Assembly (NCBI GenBank): GCA_964607105.1
Contig: CAZSJH010000001.1
Coordinates: 1-51,509, forward strand
Direction: 5' to 3'
DNA length: 51,509 nt
Source of the DNA: an uncultured Rikenellaceae bacterium
GTDB lineage: Bacteria; Bacteroidota; Bacteroidia; Bacteroidales; VadinHA17
Position numbers and translations under genes: made by a program. The notes beneath the pieces are model-generated. The model did no database searches. It was given only the letters and a program-made list of their open reading frames with translations, and was not told where the DNA came from. Of the stretch, positions 37,572 to 47,038 are shown in pieces. Position 1 is the first letter of the stretch. Every line of letters starts with the position of its first letter.

Positions 37572-38255
37572 ATGAAGAAATATCTTGGCTTATTACTAAT
37601 TACCTTACTATCCATCGGTGTATCAAATGCGCAGACAAGAGAAACAAGAGATCTGGATGATTTTACCGGTATAGGATTTGGTGTGGCAGGCACCCTGATA
37701 CTTCAACAGGGGAACACCTTCAGCGTGGTCCTTGAAGGGGATGAGGACTATCTTGAAGAAATAGAAACGACCATTAGAAGTGACAAACTTATTATCCACC
37801 ATGACAGTTGGATGAGTTTTGGCAATAAAAAGGTCACGGTTTATGTAACAATGCCTGTGATAGAAGACCTTAATGTTTCAGGCTCAGGAAACATAATTGC
37901 AGAAGAATCCATAAGGGCTGAAGAACTGGATATGGGAGTAAGCGGCAGTGGTAATATCAAACTGGCTAATCTTAGCGCTGAAGCTGTCAACTGTAGAATC
38001 TCAGGCTCAGGTTCGATTGAACTGGATGGTTCGGCGGAAGACGGGGAATTGTCAATAAGTGGATCCGGGAAATACAGGGGAGAAGCATTCAGGCTGAAAA
38101 CAATGGATATATCTATATCAGGAAGCGGAACATGCAGGGCAATGGTTGAGGAGGATCTGGAAGCAAGAGTGTCAGGCAGCGGGGATGTATATTATTCAGG
38201 GAGTCCCAGAGTTGATGCAAAAGTATCAGGTTCCGGCAGGGTAAGGAAAAATTAA
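37572..38255 (+). CDS. DUF2807 / head GIN domain protein (beta-helix, exported)
   Basis: 227 aa. Signal peptide (VSNAQ), six periodic SGSG(N/S/K/T/D)I turns about 20-24 aa apart, characteristic of this family. Confidence 0.75.
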   Translation: MKKYLGLLLITLLSIGVSNAQTRETRDLDDFTGIGFGVAGTLILQQGNTFSVVLEGDEDYLEEIETTIRSDKLIIHHDSWMSFGNKKVTVYVTMPVIEDLNVSGSGNIIAEESIRAEELDMGVSGSGNIKLANLSAEAVNCRISGSGSIELDGSAEDGELSISGSGKYRGEAFRLKTMDISISGSGTCRAMVEEDLEARVSGSGDVYYSGSPRVDAKVSGSGRVRKN

Positions 38256-38262
38256 GTCACCC

Positions 38263-38832
38263 TTATCGTATAATCTTAAACTGCCCGTCAATTTCTATTT
38301 TGATTATTGATGAGGCAGTTTTCATATCTGCTTCATCCTGGCGTAACGGTACAATGTAGTCTACAGCTTCTTTAATCTTATTGTTGATTTCCATGTAGTT
38401 GACAGGGGCTGTTTCTCCGGTGATATTTGCGGATGTTGATACAAGCGGTTTTCTTAATCGTGCAATAAGTAAAGCGCAAAATTCATCTTCCATAATTCTT
38501 ATTCCGAGAGAACCGTCATCAGCTATAAGCTCTGGGGCAATATTCCTGGCACCGGGGTATATAAGTGTAAGAGGCTGGTCACTGACTTCAATGAGCTGCC
38601 AGGCAATCCCGGGTACCTCTTTTACATGATATGGTAATTTTGATTCAGAGTCGAGCAATATCAGCATGCCCTGCTTATCATCCCTCTTCTTGATGTTGTA
38701 TATTTTTTTTACGGCATTGCTGTTAGTGGCGTCACAACCCAGTCCCCATATCGTGTCAGTGGGATAAAGTATCACACCTCCTTTTCGAAGCACCTCAACG
38801 CATTCTTTTATTATATCATTTATGCCTGCCAT
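38263..38832 (-). CDS. tsaC: L-threonylcarbamoyladenylate synthase (YrdC/TsaC type)
   Basis: 189 aa. YPTDTIWGLGCDA, VSTSANITGE motifs. Confidence 0.85.
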   Translation of the reverse strand: MAGINDIIKECVEVLRKGGVILYPTDTIWGLGCDATNSNAVKKIYNIKKRDDKQGMLILLDSESKLPYHVKEVPGIAWQLIEVSDQPLTLIYPGARNIAPELIADDGSLGIRIMEDEFCALLIARLRKPLVSTSANITGETAPVNYMEINNKIKEAVDYIVPLRQDEADMKTASSIIKIEIDGQFKIIR

Positions 38833-38897
38833 GAACTGTTAAGCTTGTTTTAAATTCAATAAAGCCCGCTTAATAAGAAAAGCCATGATCATCATTA

Positions 38898-39713
38898 CTA
38901 AATGTCAACATTATGATCCCTGAGGGCATCATTAAGCGAAGTTTTCTTATCTGTTGATTCTTTACGCCTGCCTATTATCAGCGCACAGGGTACCTGGTAT
39001 TCGCCGGCAGGGAATTTTTTTGTGTATGAGCCAGGGATTACCACTGATTTTGGTGGCACATAACCCTTGTATGTACGAAGTTTTTCCCCTGTGACATCCA
39101 TCACCCTTGTTGACCTTGTAATTACTACGTTGGCTCCCAGGACAGCTTCTTTAGCTATATATGCCCCTTCAACTATTATACACCTTGATCCTATAAAGCA
39201 GTTATCTTCAATGATTACGGGGGCTGCCTGCACAGGTTCAAGCACACCACCAATTCCAGCTCCTCCGCTCAGGTGAACATTTTTTCCTATCTGCGCGCAT
39301 GATCCAACTGTGGTCCAGGTGTCTACCATGCTTCCCTCATCAACATATGCACCAATGTTTATGTAACAAGGCATCATTATCACACCCCTGTTTATATATG
39401 CCCCGTACCGTGCAATGGCATGCGGAACTACCCTTACCCCCAGTTCTTTATAGCCTTTTTTCAGCTTAATCTTGTCATGGAATTCAAATGGGCCGGTCTC
39501 AGTTACTTCCATATCCTGGATTGGGAAATACAGGATAACAGCCTTCTTAATCCACTGGTTTACCACCCACCCTTTTTCAGAACTTTCAGCTACCCTTACC
39601 TTTCCCACGTCGAGCAGCCTGATGACCTCCCTTATGGCTTCTTTGGTATTGTTATCCTCAAGTAAATCCCTGTTATCCCAGGCTTTTTCAATAATAGTTT
39701 TCAGATGCTTCAT
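38898..39713 (-). CDS. dapD: 2,3,4,5-tetrahydropyridine-2,6-dicarboxylate N-succinyltransferase
   Basis: 271 aa, left-handed beta-helix hexapeptide repeats (GAYVDEGSMVDTWTTVGSCAQIGKNVHLSGGAGIGG) with a DapD-type N-terminal domain. Confidence 0.9.
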   Translation of the reverse strand: MKHLKTIIEKAWDNRDLLEDNNTKEAIREVIRLLDVGKVRVAESSEKGWVVNQWIKKAVILYFPIQDMEVTETGPFEFHDKIKLKKGYKELGVRVVPHAIARYGAYINRGVIMMPCYINIGAYVDEGSMVDTWTTVGSCAQIGKNVHLSGGAGIGGVLEPVQAAPVIIEDNCFIGSRCIIVEGAYIAKEAVLGANVVITRSTRVMDVTGEKLRTYKGYVPPKSVVIPGSYTKKFPAGEYQVPCALIIGRRKESTDKKTSLNDALRDHNVDI

Positions 39714-39732
39714 TTCCAGCTGTTTTGTCAGA

Positions 39733-39740
39733 CAAATGTA
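39733..39740 (-). promoter_or_regulatory. -7 box (TACATTTG on - strand) for dapD
   Basis: The + strand reads caaatgta, 20 nt upstream of ATG 39713, which implies a short leader. Confidence 0.35.
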
Positions 39741-39753
39741 ATGAGTTATTTTG

Positions 39754-39852
39754 AAAGTTGAATTATTGAACTGTTTAACAGTTGAATCGGGTTTGTTGAA
39801 TTGCTGTTATAATACCCGATTCAACAATTTAACGATTCCACGATTCAACAAA
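39754..39852 (+). repeat. TTGAATCG-rich intergenic repeat element, copy A
   Basis: Perfect 12-bp inverted repeat gttgaatcgggt (39781..39792) / acccgattcaac (39814..39825) with 21-nt loop. It is flanked by gttgaat and cgattc(a)ac iterations (39833..39850). About 28 nt around the left arm align with copy B (tgtttaa..gttgaatcgggtt.gtt). Confidence 0.8.
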
Positions 39853-39886
39853 TATTATACAGCATATAATATTTTCTCATAAAGTT

Positions 39887-39894
39887 TAACTTTG
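39887..39894 (+). promoter_or_regulatory. -7 box TAACTTTG for the S9 peptidase gene
   Basis: Perfect TAnnTTTG 53 nt before ATG 39947, downstream of repeat copy A. Confidence 0.4.
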
Positions 39895-39946
39895 TAATTG
39901 CCACTATGATTTTTAAAATTATATTATTAACCAAAATAAGATCATT

Positions 39947-42358
39947 ATGAAAAAAGTGTTTTTTCTACTAATCATTATCACATTTGTTAGCTGTGGGATA
40001 AAAGCCCAGGATGCCCTGAAATACCAGAAGCCACCTGAAGAAATTCTCGAGATAATGATGGCAAGTACTACACCTTCGGTCTCAATAAGTCCTGATGGTG
40101 CTATTATTGCCCTGACAGAAAGACCGGGGATGCCTTCCATAGAAGATCTTTCAAGGGAGGAGCTGCGTCTGGGAGGCCTTAGGATAGACCCGGCTGTAAA
40201 TGGTCCCAGCAGGCGTAACTATGCTACGGGATTATCCCTGATGAACATTGATGGCTCAGGTAAAGGAAAGCTTAATGGTCTGCCCGGGAATCTAAAGCTC
40301 GGAAGCTTCTCCTGGTCAAATGACGGTAAACAATTTGCATTTACCAATACAACGGATAGCAGTATTGAGTTGTGGATAGGTGATGTGGAGAGCCTGGAAG
40401 TGAAAAAAGTTGATGACAATCTGAATATGGTCATAGGCTTTCGTGGTTTCAGTTGGTTCCCCGACAATAAAAGCATAATATATCAGACAATAATACCCGG
40501 GAGGGGTGAACGCCCCTTGCCATCCCCGGTACCTGAAGGCCCCGTTGTACAGGAAAGCCTTGGTAAGAAGGGAGCTGCCCGGACCTTCCAGGACCTGCTT
40601 GAGAATCCTGTAGATGAAGCAATATTTGAATATTATGCAGGTTCGGTAATAAAGATATGGGATGGATCATCGGTGGAGCAGATAGGTAAGCCGGGAATAT
40701 ATGGCTCGGTTGTCCCATCTCCTGACGGAAAATACCTGATGATCCAGACAGTAGAGAAACCATTCTCATATACTGTTCCTTATTATTATTTCCCTTCGGT
40801 TGTTGCCATCTGGGACATGGATGGGAATCTCGTTAAAAAACTGGCAGAATTGCCATTGAAGGAGAACCTCCCGCGAGGATATGATATGACTTTCCCCGAG
40901 CCCTCAGGTTTTACATGGAGGAATGACAAACCTTCGATGGCCATGTGGGTTAAGCCACTTGATGGTGGTGATTTTGAAAAGGAAATGGAATACCATGACC
41001 AGGTTTATCTCCTTGATGCACCCTTTGACGGGGAACCTCAAGAATATGTGGCAACCAGACTGAGGTTCGGAGGTATTACCTGGGGAAATGATGATATTGC
41101 TATCCTGAGGGAAAGATCCCGTAAGGAGAGGCTCAATGTACAGTTCATGTTCGATCCTGACGACCCCATGGGGACTAAAAAAGAGATCTTCAGACTGCAA
41201 TCAGAAGACAGGTATAATGATCCCGGTAATTTTGTAACCACCGAGAATGAATCAGGCCAGAGAGTGCTCCTGTTTGATAAAAGGGAGAGATCACTTTACC
41301 TGAGAGGAAGCGGTGCATCACCGGAGGGCGACCGTCCCTTCATTGATGAATACAGGATAAAGGATGGTATAATAACAAGATTGTGGCGTTCGGAAGCCCC
41401 ATATTATGAAAGTGTGGCCGATATACTTGCTGATGAGGAAAACCTGGTCATAACCACCAGGGAATCAGTTGATATACCACCTAACTATTTCATACGTAAC
41501 CTGAAGAACGGTGAGCTGACTCAGATCACCAATTTTGAGAATCCTTATCCTCAATTGGAAGGTGTAAGCAAAGAACTGGTAAAATATAAAAGGAATGACG
41601 GTCTTGACCTTTCTTTTGAGCTTTATCTGCCAGCAGGATATGATAAGGAAAAGGACGGACCCTTGCCTGCTGTTCTCTGGGCATATCCGCGTGAGTACCA
41701 GAGCCAGGATGCTGCCGGCCAGTTATCAGGATCACCATACAGGTTCATAAGGGTGAGCCCCTCCTCCATACTGGTATTTGTTACCCAGGGGTATGCAGTA
41801 ATGAATAATGCCGCATTCCCTATAGTAGCACAGGATGAAAAAGAACCAAATGATACCTTCAGGGAACAGCTGGTGGCCAATGCGCAGGCAGCAATAGACA
41901 AAGGTGTGGAGATGGGTGTAGTTGATCCTGAAAGGGTAGGGGTTGGAGGACATTCATACGGTGCCTTTATGACTGCCAACCTGCTTGCTCATTCACGCCT
42001 GTTTGCTGCTGGAATAGCCAGGAGCGGCGCGTATAACAGGACACTGACACCCTTTGGCTTCCAGAATGAAAGACGCTCTTTCTGGGAAGCACCCGACCTG
42101 TATTTTTATATGTCACCCTTTATGCATGCTGACAAAGTCAAAGACCCCATTTTACTGATCCATGGACAGGCAGATAATAACAGTGGCACATTCCCTCTTC
42201 AGAGTGAAAGATATTATGCAGCTCTTAAAGGTCATGGAGCTACCGTAAGATTGGTACTTCTTCCAAAAGAAAGCCATGGCTATTCATCAGCTGAATCACT
42301 TATGCATATGCAGTGGGAAACATACAGCTGGCTGGAGAAATATGTGAAGAATAAATAA
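39947..42358 (+). CDS. S9 family serine peptidase (N-terminal beta-propeller + alpha/beta hydrolase), probable lipoprotein
   Basis: 803 aa. Signal with TFVSC lipobox-like cysteine, catalytic-Ser context GVGGHSYGAFM, Asp/His contexts LLIHGQADNN and ESHGY. Confidence 0.9.
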   Translation: MKKVFFLLIIITFVSCGIKAQDALKYQKPPEEILEIMMASTTPSVSISPDGAIIALTERPGMPSIEDLSREELRLGGLRIDPAVNGPSRRNYATGLSLMNIDGSGKGKLNGLPGNLKLGSFSWSNDGKQFAFTNTTDSSIELWIGDVESLEVKKVDDNLNMVIGFRGFSWFPDNKSIIYQTIIPGRGERPLPSPVPEGPVVQESLGKKGAARTFQDLLENPVDEAIFEYYAGSVIKIWDGSSVEQIGKPGIYGSVVPSPDGKYLMIQTVEKPFSYTVPYYYFPSVVAIWDMDGNLVKKLAELPLKENLPRGYDMTFPEPSGFTWRNDKPSMAMWVKPLDGGDFEKEMEYHDQVYLLDAPFDGEPQEYVATRLRFGGITWGNDDIAILRERSRKERLNVQFMFDPDDPMGTKKEIFRLQSEDRYNDPGNFVTTENESGQRVLLFDKRERSLYLRGSGASPEGDRPFIDEYRIKDGIITRLWRSEAPYYESVADILADEENLVITTRESVDIPPNYFIRNLKNGELTQITNFENPYPQLEGVSKELVKYKRNDGLDLSFELYLPAGYDKEKDGPLPAVLWAYPREYQSQDAAGQLSGSPYRFIRVSPSSILVFVTQGYAVMNNAAFPIVAQDEKEPNDTFREQLVANAQAAIDKGVEMGVVDPERVGVGGHSYGAFMTANLLAHSRLFAAGIARSGAYNRTLTPFGFQNERRSFWEAPDLYFYMSPFMHADKVKDPILLIHGQADNNSGTFPLQSERYYAALKGHGATVRLVLLPKESHGYSSAESLMHMQWETYSWLEKYVKNK

Positions 42359-42369
42359 TTGTTGAAGCG

Positions 42370-42421
42370 TTGAACCGAGCAGGATGAGTTTGCCGCAGGC
42401 AAGCGAATCCTACGAGTTCGG
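42370..42421 (+). other. 52-nt imperfect hairpin with two tandem G.A/A.G mismatches, 3' of the S9 peptidase gene
   Basis: Loop gca (42395..42397). I paired it by hand: 7 bp (one G.U), tandem A.G/G.A (42386-87 with 42405-06), 5 bp, 1 mismatch, 1 bp, tandem A.G/G.A (42377-78 with 42414-15), 1 bp, 1-nt bulge, 5 bp (two G.U). The wobbles and G.A pairs are only favourable on the + strand RNA. Confidence 0.5.
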
Positions 42422-42431
42422 CGAAGCCAAA

Positions 42432-42530
42432 TGTTTAATTGTTGAATCGGGTTGTTTAATCGTTTAAGCCGGTTAACACCCGTTTCAACATCCCAATTCA
42501 ACGATTCAACAACTCAACGATTCAACAGAT
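42432..42530 (+). repeat. TTGAATCG-rich intergenic repeat element, copy B
   Basis: The same 12-mer gttgaatcgggt at 42441..42452 pairs with acccgtttcaac at 42478..42489 (11/12). It is followed by a direct repeat caacgattcaaca at 42499..42511 and 42515..42527. Same orientation as copy A. Confidence 0.8.
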
Positions 42531-42596
42531 ATTCAGATATGAATATATTTGAATATTTTTTTGAGCCTTAAATCTTGCATATATCAAAAAGTCAGA

Positions 42597-42604
42597 TACT
42601 TTTG
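42597..42604 (+). promoter_or_regulatory. -7 box TACTTTTG for the pyrophosphatase gene
   Basis: Perfect TAnnTTTG 51 nt before ATG 42655. CTTG at 42573..42576 sits at about -33 spacing. Confidence 0.45.
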
Positions 42605-42654
42605 CATAATTATCACGAAAACCTGAATTTTTTAGATAACTAAACTAACTACCT

Positions 42655-44943
42655 ATGATCAGCAGTTTATTTTGGATCGTTCCTGTTGCGGCGGTTACCG
42701 CATTGTTATTTGCCTGGATTTTCTTCAAGGGTATGATAAGAAAACCCGAGGGTACAGACAAGATGAAAGAGATTGCGCAGTATGTCAGAGATGGAGCTAT
42801 GGCTTACATCAAAAGACAGTATAAGGTTGTGTCTATTGTGTTTGTATTCCTGGTTATTTTCCTTTTAATTCTTGCTCAGCTTGGTGTTCAGAATCCATTC
42901 GTACCTGTGGCATTTCTAACAGGTGGTTTCTTTTCCGGCTTATGCGGCTACCTTGGTATGCGTACTGCTACTTTTGCTTCTGCACGTACAGCACATGGAG
43001 CATCTATATCGCTTAACCAGGGATTAAAGATAGCTTTTCGCAGTGGGGCAGTAATGGGACTTGTTGTTGTCGGTTTTGCCCTCCTGGATATTTCAGCCTG
43101 GTTTCTAATACTTACCAAAGCAGTATTCACCCCGGAAAACATGGAACATGGTCTGCAGTGGTTTGGCCTGACTTTCGTTCATGAGGGGACAACAGAGCAC
43201 CAGAAGATGGTTGAGATAACGGCAACCATGCTTACTTTCGGCATGGGTGCATCGACACAGGCGCTGTTTGCCCGTGTTGGAGGTGGTATATACACAAAGG
43301 CTGCTGATGTTGGTGCTGACCTTGTTGGAAAGGTTGAGGCCGGAATTCCTGAGGATGATCCTCGTAATCCTGCCACCATAGCTGATAATGTTGGTGATAA
43401 TGTTGGTGATGTTGCCGGTATGGGTGCCGACCTGTATGAGTCCTATGCAGGTTCAATTCTTGCCACTGCTGCACTTGGTGCCGCATTGCCTTTACTTTCT
43501 CCTGATGACCAGGTTAAGGCAATTATTGCTCCCATGATTGTTGCAGCTGTAGGTATAATAATTTCTATAGCCGGTATTTACATGGTCAGGGCTAAAGAGT
43601 CGGCCACCCAGAAGAACCTCCTTAATGCACTCCTCCTTGGGACAGGGGGCAGTTCAGCACTTATACTTATTGTGCTGGCCGGACTGGCTTTTGCTGGCTG
43701 GATAACATGGGGGGTTTTCGGGGCTGTTGTTGCCGGACTGCTGGCAGGTGTAATAATAGGACAGAGTACAGAGTATTTTACATCTGATGAATACAAACCT
43801 ACCAGAGGAATAGCGAGACAGACAAAACAGGGGCCTGCAACCACCATAATTGATGGTGTGGCTGTGGGGATGTACTCAACATGGATACCCGTTGTGACAA
43901 TCGTGGGAGGTATTATTGCTGCTTTTGGTTTTGCCGGGGGCTTTACACACTTTGCTGATGGCGTTTACGGTATTGGCTTTGCAGCCGTTGGCATGTTATC
44001 AACCCTTGGCATTACACTGGCGACAGATGCATTTGGCCCGATAGCTGATAATGCCGGGGGGAATGCCGAGATGTCAGCGCTTCCTCCCGAGGTAAGGGAA
44101 AGAACGGATGCACTTGATATGCTGGGGAACACAACTGCTGCCACCGGCAAAGGATTTGCTATAGGATCAGCTGCTTTGACCGCCATGGCTCTTCTGGCAG
44201 CATATATGGAAGAAGTGAGATTATGGCTTGGCAAACTGGCGGATGCCAGTGTCGAAGGCTTTAGACAGATTGGTGATATATTGTTCTATACCGATTCGGT
44301 TCCAATGATAGAAGAAGGCCAGAAAGCTGTTCAGGTTGCCTCGGCCCATATAGATGATTTCGTTTCAGCATACAACCTATCACTGTTCAACCCGATACTC
44401 CTGGGAGGTATATTCTTAGGCGCAATGATGGCATTCGTTTTCTGTGCTATGACTATGAAAGCAGTCGGAAGGGCAGCAGGTTCAATGGTGGATGAAGTAC
44501 GGAGACAGTTCAAGGAAATACCAGGCATTATGGAGGGTAAGGCTACACCTGAATATGCAAAGTGTGTGGCCATATCAACAAAGGGTGCCCAGAGAGAGAT
44601 GATATTGCCCTCGATGCTTGCTATAGTGGTACCAATAGCAATAGGCGTATTATTGGGTGTGGCTGGTGTAGTTGGCCTGCTTGTTGGCGGGTTGACAACA
44701 GGTTTTACCCTGGCGGTGATGCTTAATAATGCCGGTGGAGCATGGGATAATGCCAAGAAATACATTGAGAAAGGAAATTACGGGGGTAAAGGAAGCGAAG
44801 CCCATCATGCCGCGGTAGTAGGCGATACAGTGGGTGATCCCTTTAAAGACACTTCCGGGCCATCACTTAATATCCTGATAAAACTTATGACCATGGTATC
44901 TGTCGTAATGGCAGGCTTAACGGTGGCTTACAGTATTTTTTAA
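42655..44943 (+). CDS. hppA: membrane-integral pyrophosphatase, K+-dependent type (Na+ or H+ pumping)
   Basis: 762 aa, about 16 TM helices. [17 protein letters not shown] and [12 protein letters not shown] motifs. [10 protein letters not shown] has Ala rather than Lys at the position that established work links to K+ dependence. Confidence 0.95.
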   Translation: MISSLFWIVPVAAVTALLFAWIFFKGMIRKPEGTDKMKEIAQYVRDGAMAYIKRQYKVVSIVFVFLVIFLLILAQLGVQNPFVPVAFLTGGFFSGLCGYLGMRTATFASARTAHGASISLNQGLKIAFRSGAVMGLVVVGFALLDISAWFLILTKAVFTPENMEHGLQWFGLTFVHEGTTEHQKMVEITATMLTFGMGASTQALFARVGGGIYTKAADVGADLVGKVEAGIPEDDPRNPATIADNVGDNVGDVAGMGADLYESYAGSILATAALGAALPLLSPDDQVKAIIAPMIVAAVGIIISIAGIYMVRAKESATQKNLLNALLLGTGGSSALILIVLAGLAFAGWITWGVFGAVVAGLLAGVIIGQSTEYFTSDEYKPTRGIARQTKQGPATTIIDGVAVGMYSTWIPVVTIVGGIIAAFGFAGGFTHFADGVYGIGFAAVGMLSTLGITLATDAFGPIADNAGGNAEMSALPPEVRERTDALDMLGNTTAATGKGFAIGSAALTAMALLAAYMEEVRLWLGKLADASVEGFRQIGDILFYTDSVPMIEEGQKAVQVASAHIDDFVSAYNLSLFNPILLGGIFLGAMMAFVFCAMTMKAVGRAAGSMVDEVRRQFKEIPGIMEGKATPEYAKCVAISTKGAQREMILPSMLAIVVPIAIGVLLGVAGVVGLLVGGLTTGFTLAVMLNNAGGAWDNAKKYIEKGNYGGKGSEAHHAAVVGDTVGDPFKDTSGPSLNILIKLMTMVSVVMAGLTVAYSIF

Positions 44944-44952
44944 TCAGCGTAT

Positions 44953-45906
44953 ATGAATGATCTGAAGATCCCCGTACCGGCTGATATTGAAGAAGCTTAT
45001 GAGAAGATAAAACCTTATATCCATAAGACACCAGTACTTAGTTCTTCGCTGCTTAATGAAATGTACGCTGCCAGGCTTTTTTTCAAATGTGAAAATTTCC
45101 AGAAAGTCGGGGCTTTCAAGTTCAGAGGTGCCACAAATGCAGTTATGTCTCTGAGTGAGAAAGAAATAACCAGGGGGTTGGTAACACATTCATCAGGCAA
45201 TCATGCTGCTGCACTATCTCTTGCCGCAAGAATGAGGGGTGCAAAGGCATATATTGTTATGCCTTCTAATTCTCCGGAAGTAAAAAAACAGGCCGTAAGC
45301 TCCTATGGTGCGGAAATAAGTTACTGTGAGCCCAGGCTGAAAGCAAGAGAGGATACTGCAAACCAGATAATAGAGAAAACAGGGGCTACCTTTATTCATG
45401 CATATGATAATTTTAACGTAATCAGCGGACAGGGTACGGCCGGACTAGAGCTGGTGAGGGAGCACCCTGACCTGGATATAGTTATTGGCCCTGTAGGGGG
45501 TGGCGGCTTGATGAGCGGAACATCAATAGCGGTTAAAGGTATTAACAAGGATATAAGGTTATACGGGGCTGAACCGCTGGGTGCGGATGATGCCTACAGA
45601 TCCATTAAATCAGGTGAGTATATCCCCTTTCATAAACCTGATACAATAGCCGATGGATTACTAACTACATTGAGTGAAAGAACATTTTCCATATTAAGTA
45701 AAAACCTGGATGATATTTTTACCGTTACAGAAGAAAGTATAATCAGGTGCATGAAGATTATATGGGAAAGAATGAAAATAATTATTGAGCCATCCTCTGC
45801 AGTAAGCCTAGCCGTTATTGATGAGAACAGGGAAATGTTCAAAGATAAAAAGGTTGGGCTGATACTCTCAGGAGGGAATGTGGATCTTAGTAATCTTCCC
45901 TTCTAG
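44953..45906 (+). CDS. PLP-dependent threonine/serine dehydratase family enzyme (serine racemase-like, no regulatory domain)
   Basis: 317 aa. PLP-lysine motif GAFKFRGA, SSGNHA, glycine loop GPVGGGGLMSG. 9 nt after hppA. Confidence 0.85.
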   Translation: MNDLKIPVPADIEEAYEKIKPYIHKTPVLSSSLLNEMYAARLFFKCENFQKVGAFKFRGATNAVMSLSEKEITRGLVTHSSGNHAAALSLAARMRGAKAYIVMPSNSPEVKKQAVSSYGAEISYCEPRLKAREDTANQIIEKTGATFIHAYDNFNVISGQGTAGLELVREHPDLDIVIGPVGGGGLMSGTSIAVKGINKDIRLYGAEPLGADDAYRSIKSGEYIPFHKPDTIADGLLTTLSERTFSILSKNLDDIFTVTEESIIRCMKIIWERMKIIIEPSSAVSLAVIDENREMFKDKKVGLILSGGNVDLSNLPF

Positions 45907-46976
45907 TTGCTTATTCTGAAGTGAGCAGTGATGGGATAGTGATCGGAATACTTTAACCTGTCAGTGGTATAACCACTTGAAGAAAGCCTGTCGTCAAAAA
46001 GAATATAGTCAATCCTGTTGGGAGGGTATTTGCCTTTATATGTGAAACCCGCTCCGCTACCCGACTCAACAAATGCATCTTTCAATCCCTTCCTGATCTT
46101 CCTGTAGCTATATGATATGGGGGTGTCATTGAAATCACCGCACACAATGACCGGATAAGGTGAAGAATTAATATGTTCCTTTACAACGATTGCCTGCTCT
46201 GCCCTGCGTGCAAATCCCTTCTTAAGTGAAAAAGACAGATCCCTCAATTCCTTCATGGTGCCGTTTTCTTCATTGGCATAAATCTCCTCAATCAGTGATC
46301 GTTCCATTCGCCTGAGCTTAAATGATTGCAGGTGATTATTATAGATCCTGAAAGTGTCAGAAGCTATAACTACATCAGTATATATAGAAAGACTCGCAGA
46401 ATTTGGGTGTAGGATATCCCCACGGCCAACAATGGGAAAAGTGGTGAAGGTGGCTATTCCGTAATGACGGTTATCCTTAATATGCACAAATTTAGTATGG
46501 AAATTGTAATTCTCATTGATGGGTCTGGCAAAGCGACGTGATATGCCGGAGGCGGGACCATTAAGGTAAAATTCCTGCAGGCAAAGTATATCGGGATTAT
46601 TTGCCTTCAGATAATCCAGGATGTCCTTTTCACTGTTCCTGTCAGTATCATAATGATTAAAGAGCCTGATATTATAGCTCATCAGGCTCAGATCGGAATC
46701 CACTGTTTCACTATTGCCGAACCTGATAAAATTATTGAAATTATTGAATCCCAGGCCGATCACAATTATTGAGATAAATACCTCTTTCCTGAAACTAATT
46801 GCCCAGATAAGCACGAAGATTATATTTAATAGTAAAAGGTAGGGGTATGCAAGTCCAAAAAAGGCAGGTAATGCAATTTTCTCCGGATTGATTATCACCG
46901 AGGCATAGGCCAAAAGTAAAGCCAGGGCAGCGACAAGGTTAAGGATTAATAATATTTTTCTAATTAGCTTATGCAA
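45903..46976 (-). CDS. endonuclease/exonuclease/phosphatase (EEP) family protein with N-terminal TM helices, TTG start
   Basis: 357 aa. 2-3 N-terminal hydrophobic helices, then LMSYNIRLFN, ILCLQEF, GDFNDTP, SDHYPI. The only in-frame start after the upstream stop is TTG 46976. Confidence 0.8.
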   Translation of the reverse strand: MHKLIRKILLILNLVAALALLLAYASVIINPEKIALPAFFGLAYPYLLLLNIIFVLIWAISFRKEVFISIIVIGLGFNNFNNFIRFGNSETVDSDLSLMSYNIRLFNHYDTDRNSEKDILDYLKANNPDILCLQEFYLNGPASGISRRFARPINENYNFHTKFVHIKDNRHYGIATFTTFPIVGRGDILHPNSASLSIYTDVVIASDTFRIYNNHLQSFKLRRMERSLIEEIYANEENGTMKELRDLSFSLKKGFARRAEQAIVVKEHINSSPYPVIVCGDFNDTPISYSYRKIRKGLKDAFVESGSGAGFTYKGKYPPNRIDYILFDDRLSSSGYTTDRLKYSDHYPITAHFRISN

Positions 46977-47038
46977 GGTTTACATGAATTATGAGGGATA
47001 AAAGTAAGGTGAAAAAATCAGAAAAAGAAGTACAGGTC

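Noticed and set aside
42385-42468. 27-codon ORF (MSLPQASESYEFGEAKCLIVESGCLIV) in the S9-hppA spacer, and the 73-aa - strand track ORF 42280..42501
   Set aside because: Both are read through the hairpin and repeat elements. Their repetitive peptide patterns (CLIV...CLIV, QQLN/QRFNN) simply reflect the DNA repeats. No promoter or start context supports them.
39754-42530. Direct repeats flanking the S9 gene as ends of a mobile element
   Set aside because: No transposase, integrase or recombinase lies between or beside them, and I could not identify target-site duplications. I kept it as a repeat-family finding but do not call it a mobile element.
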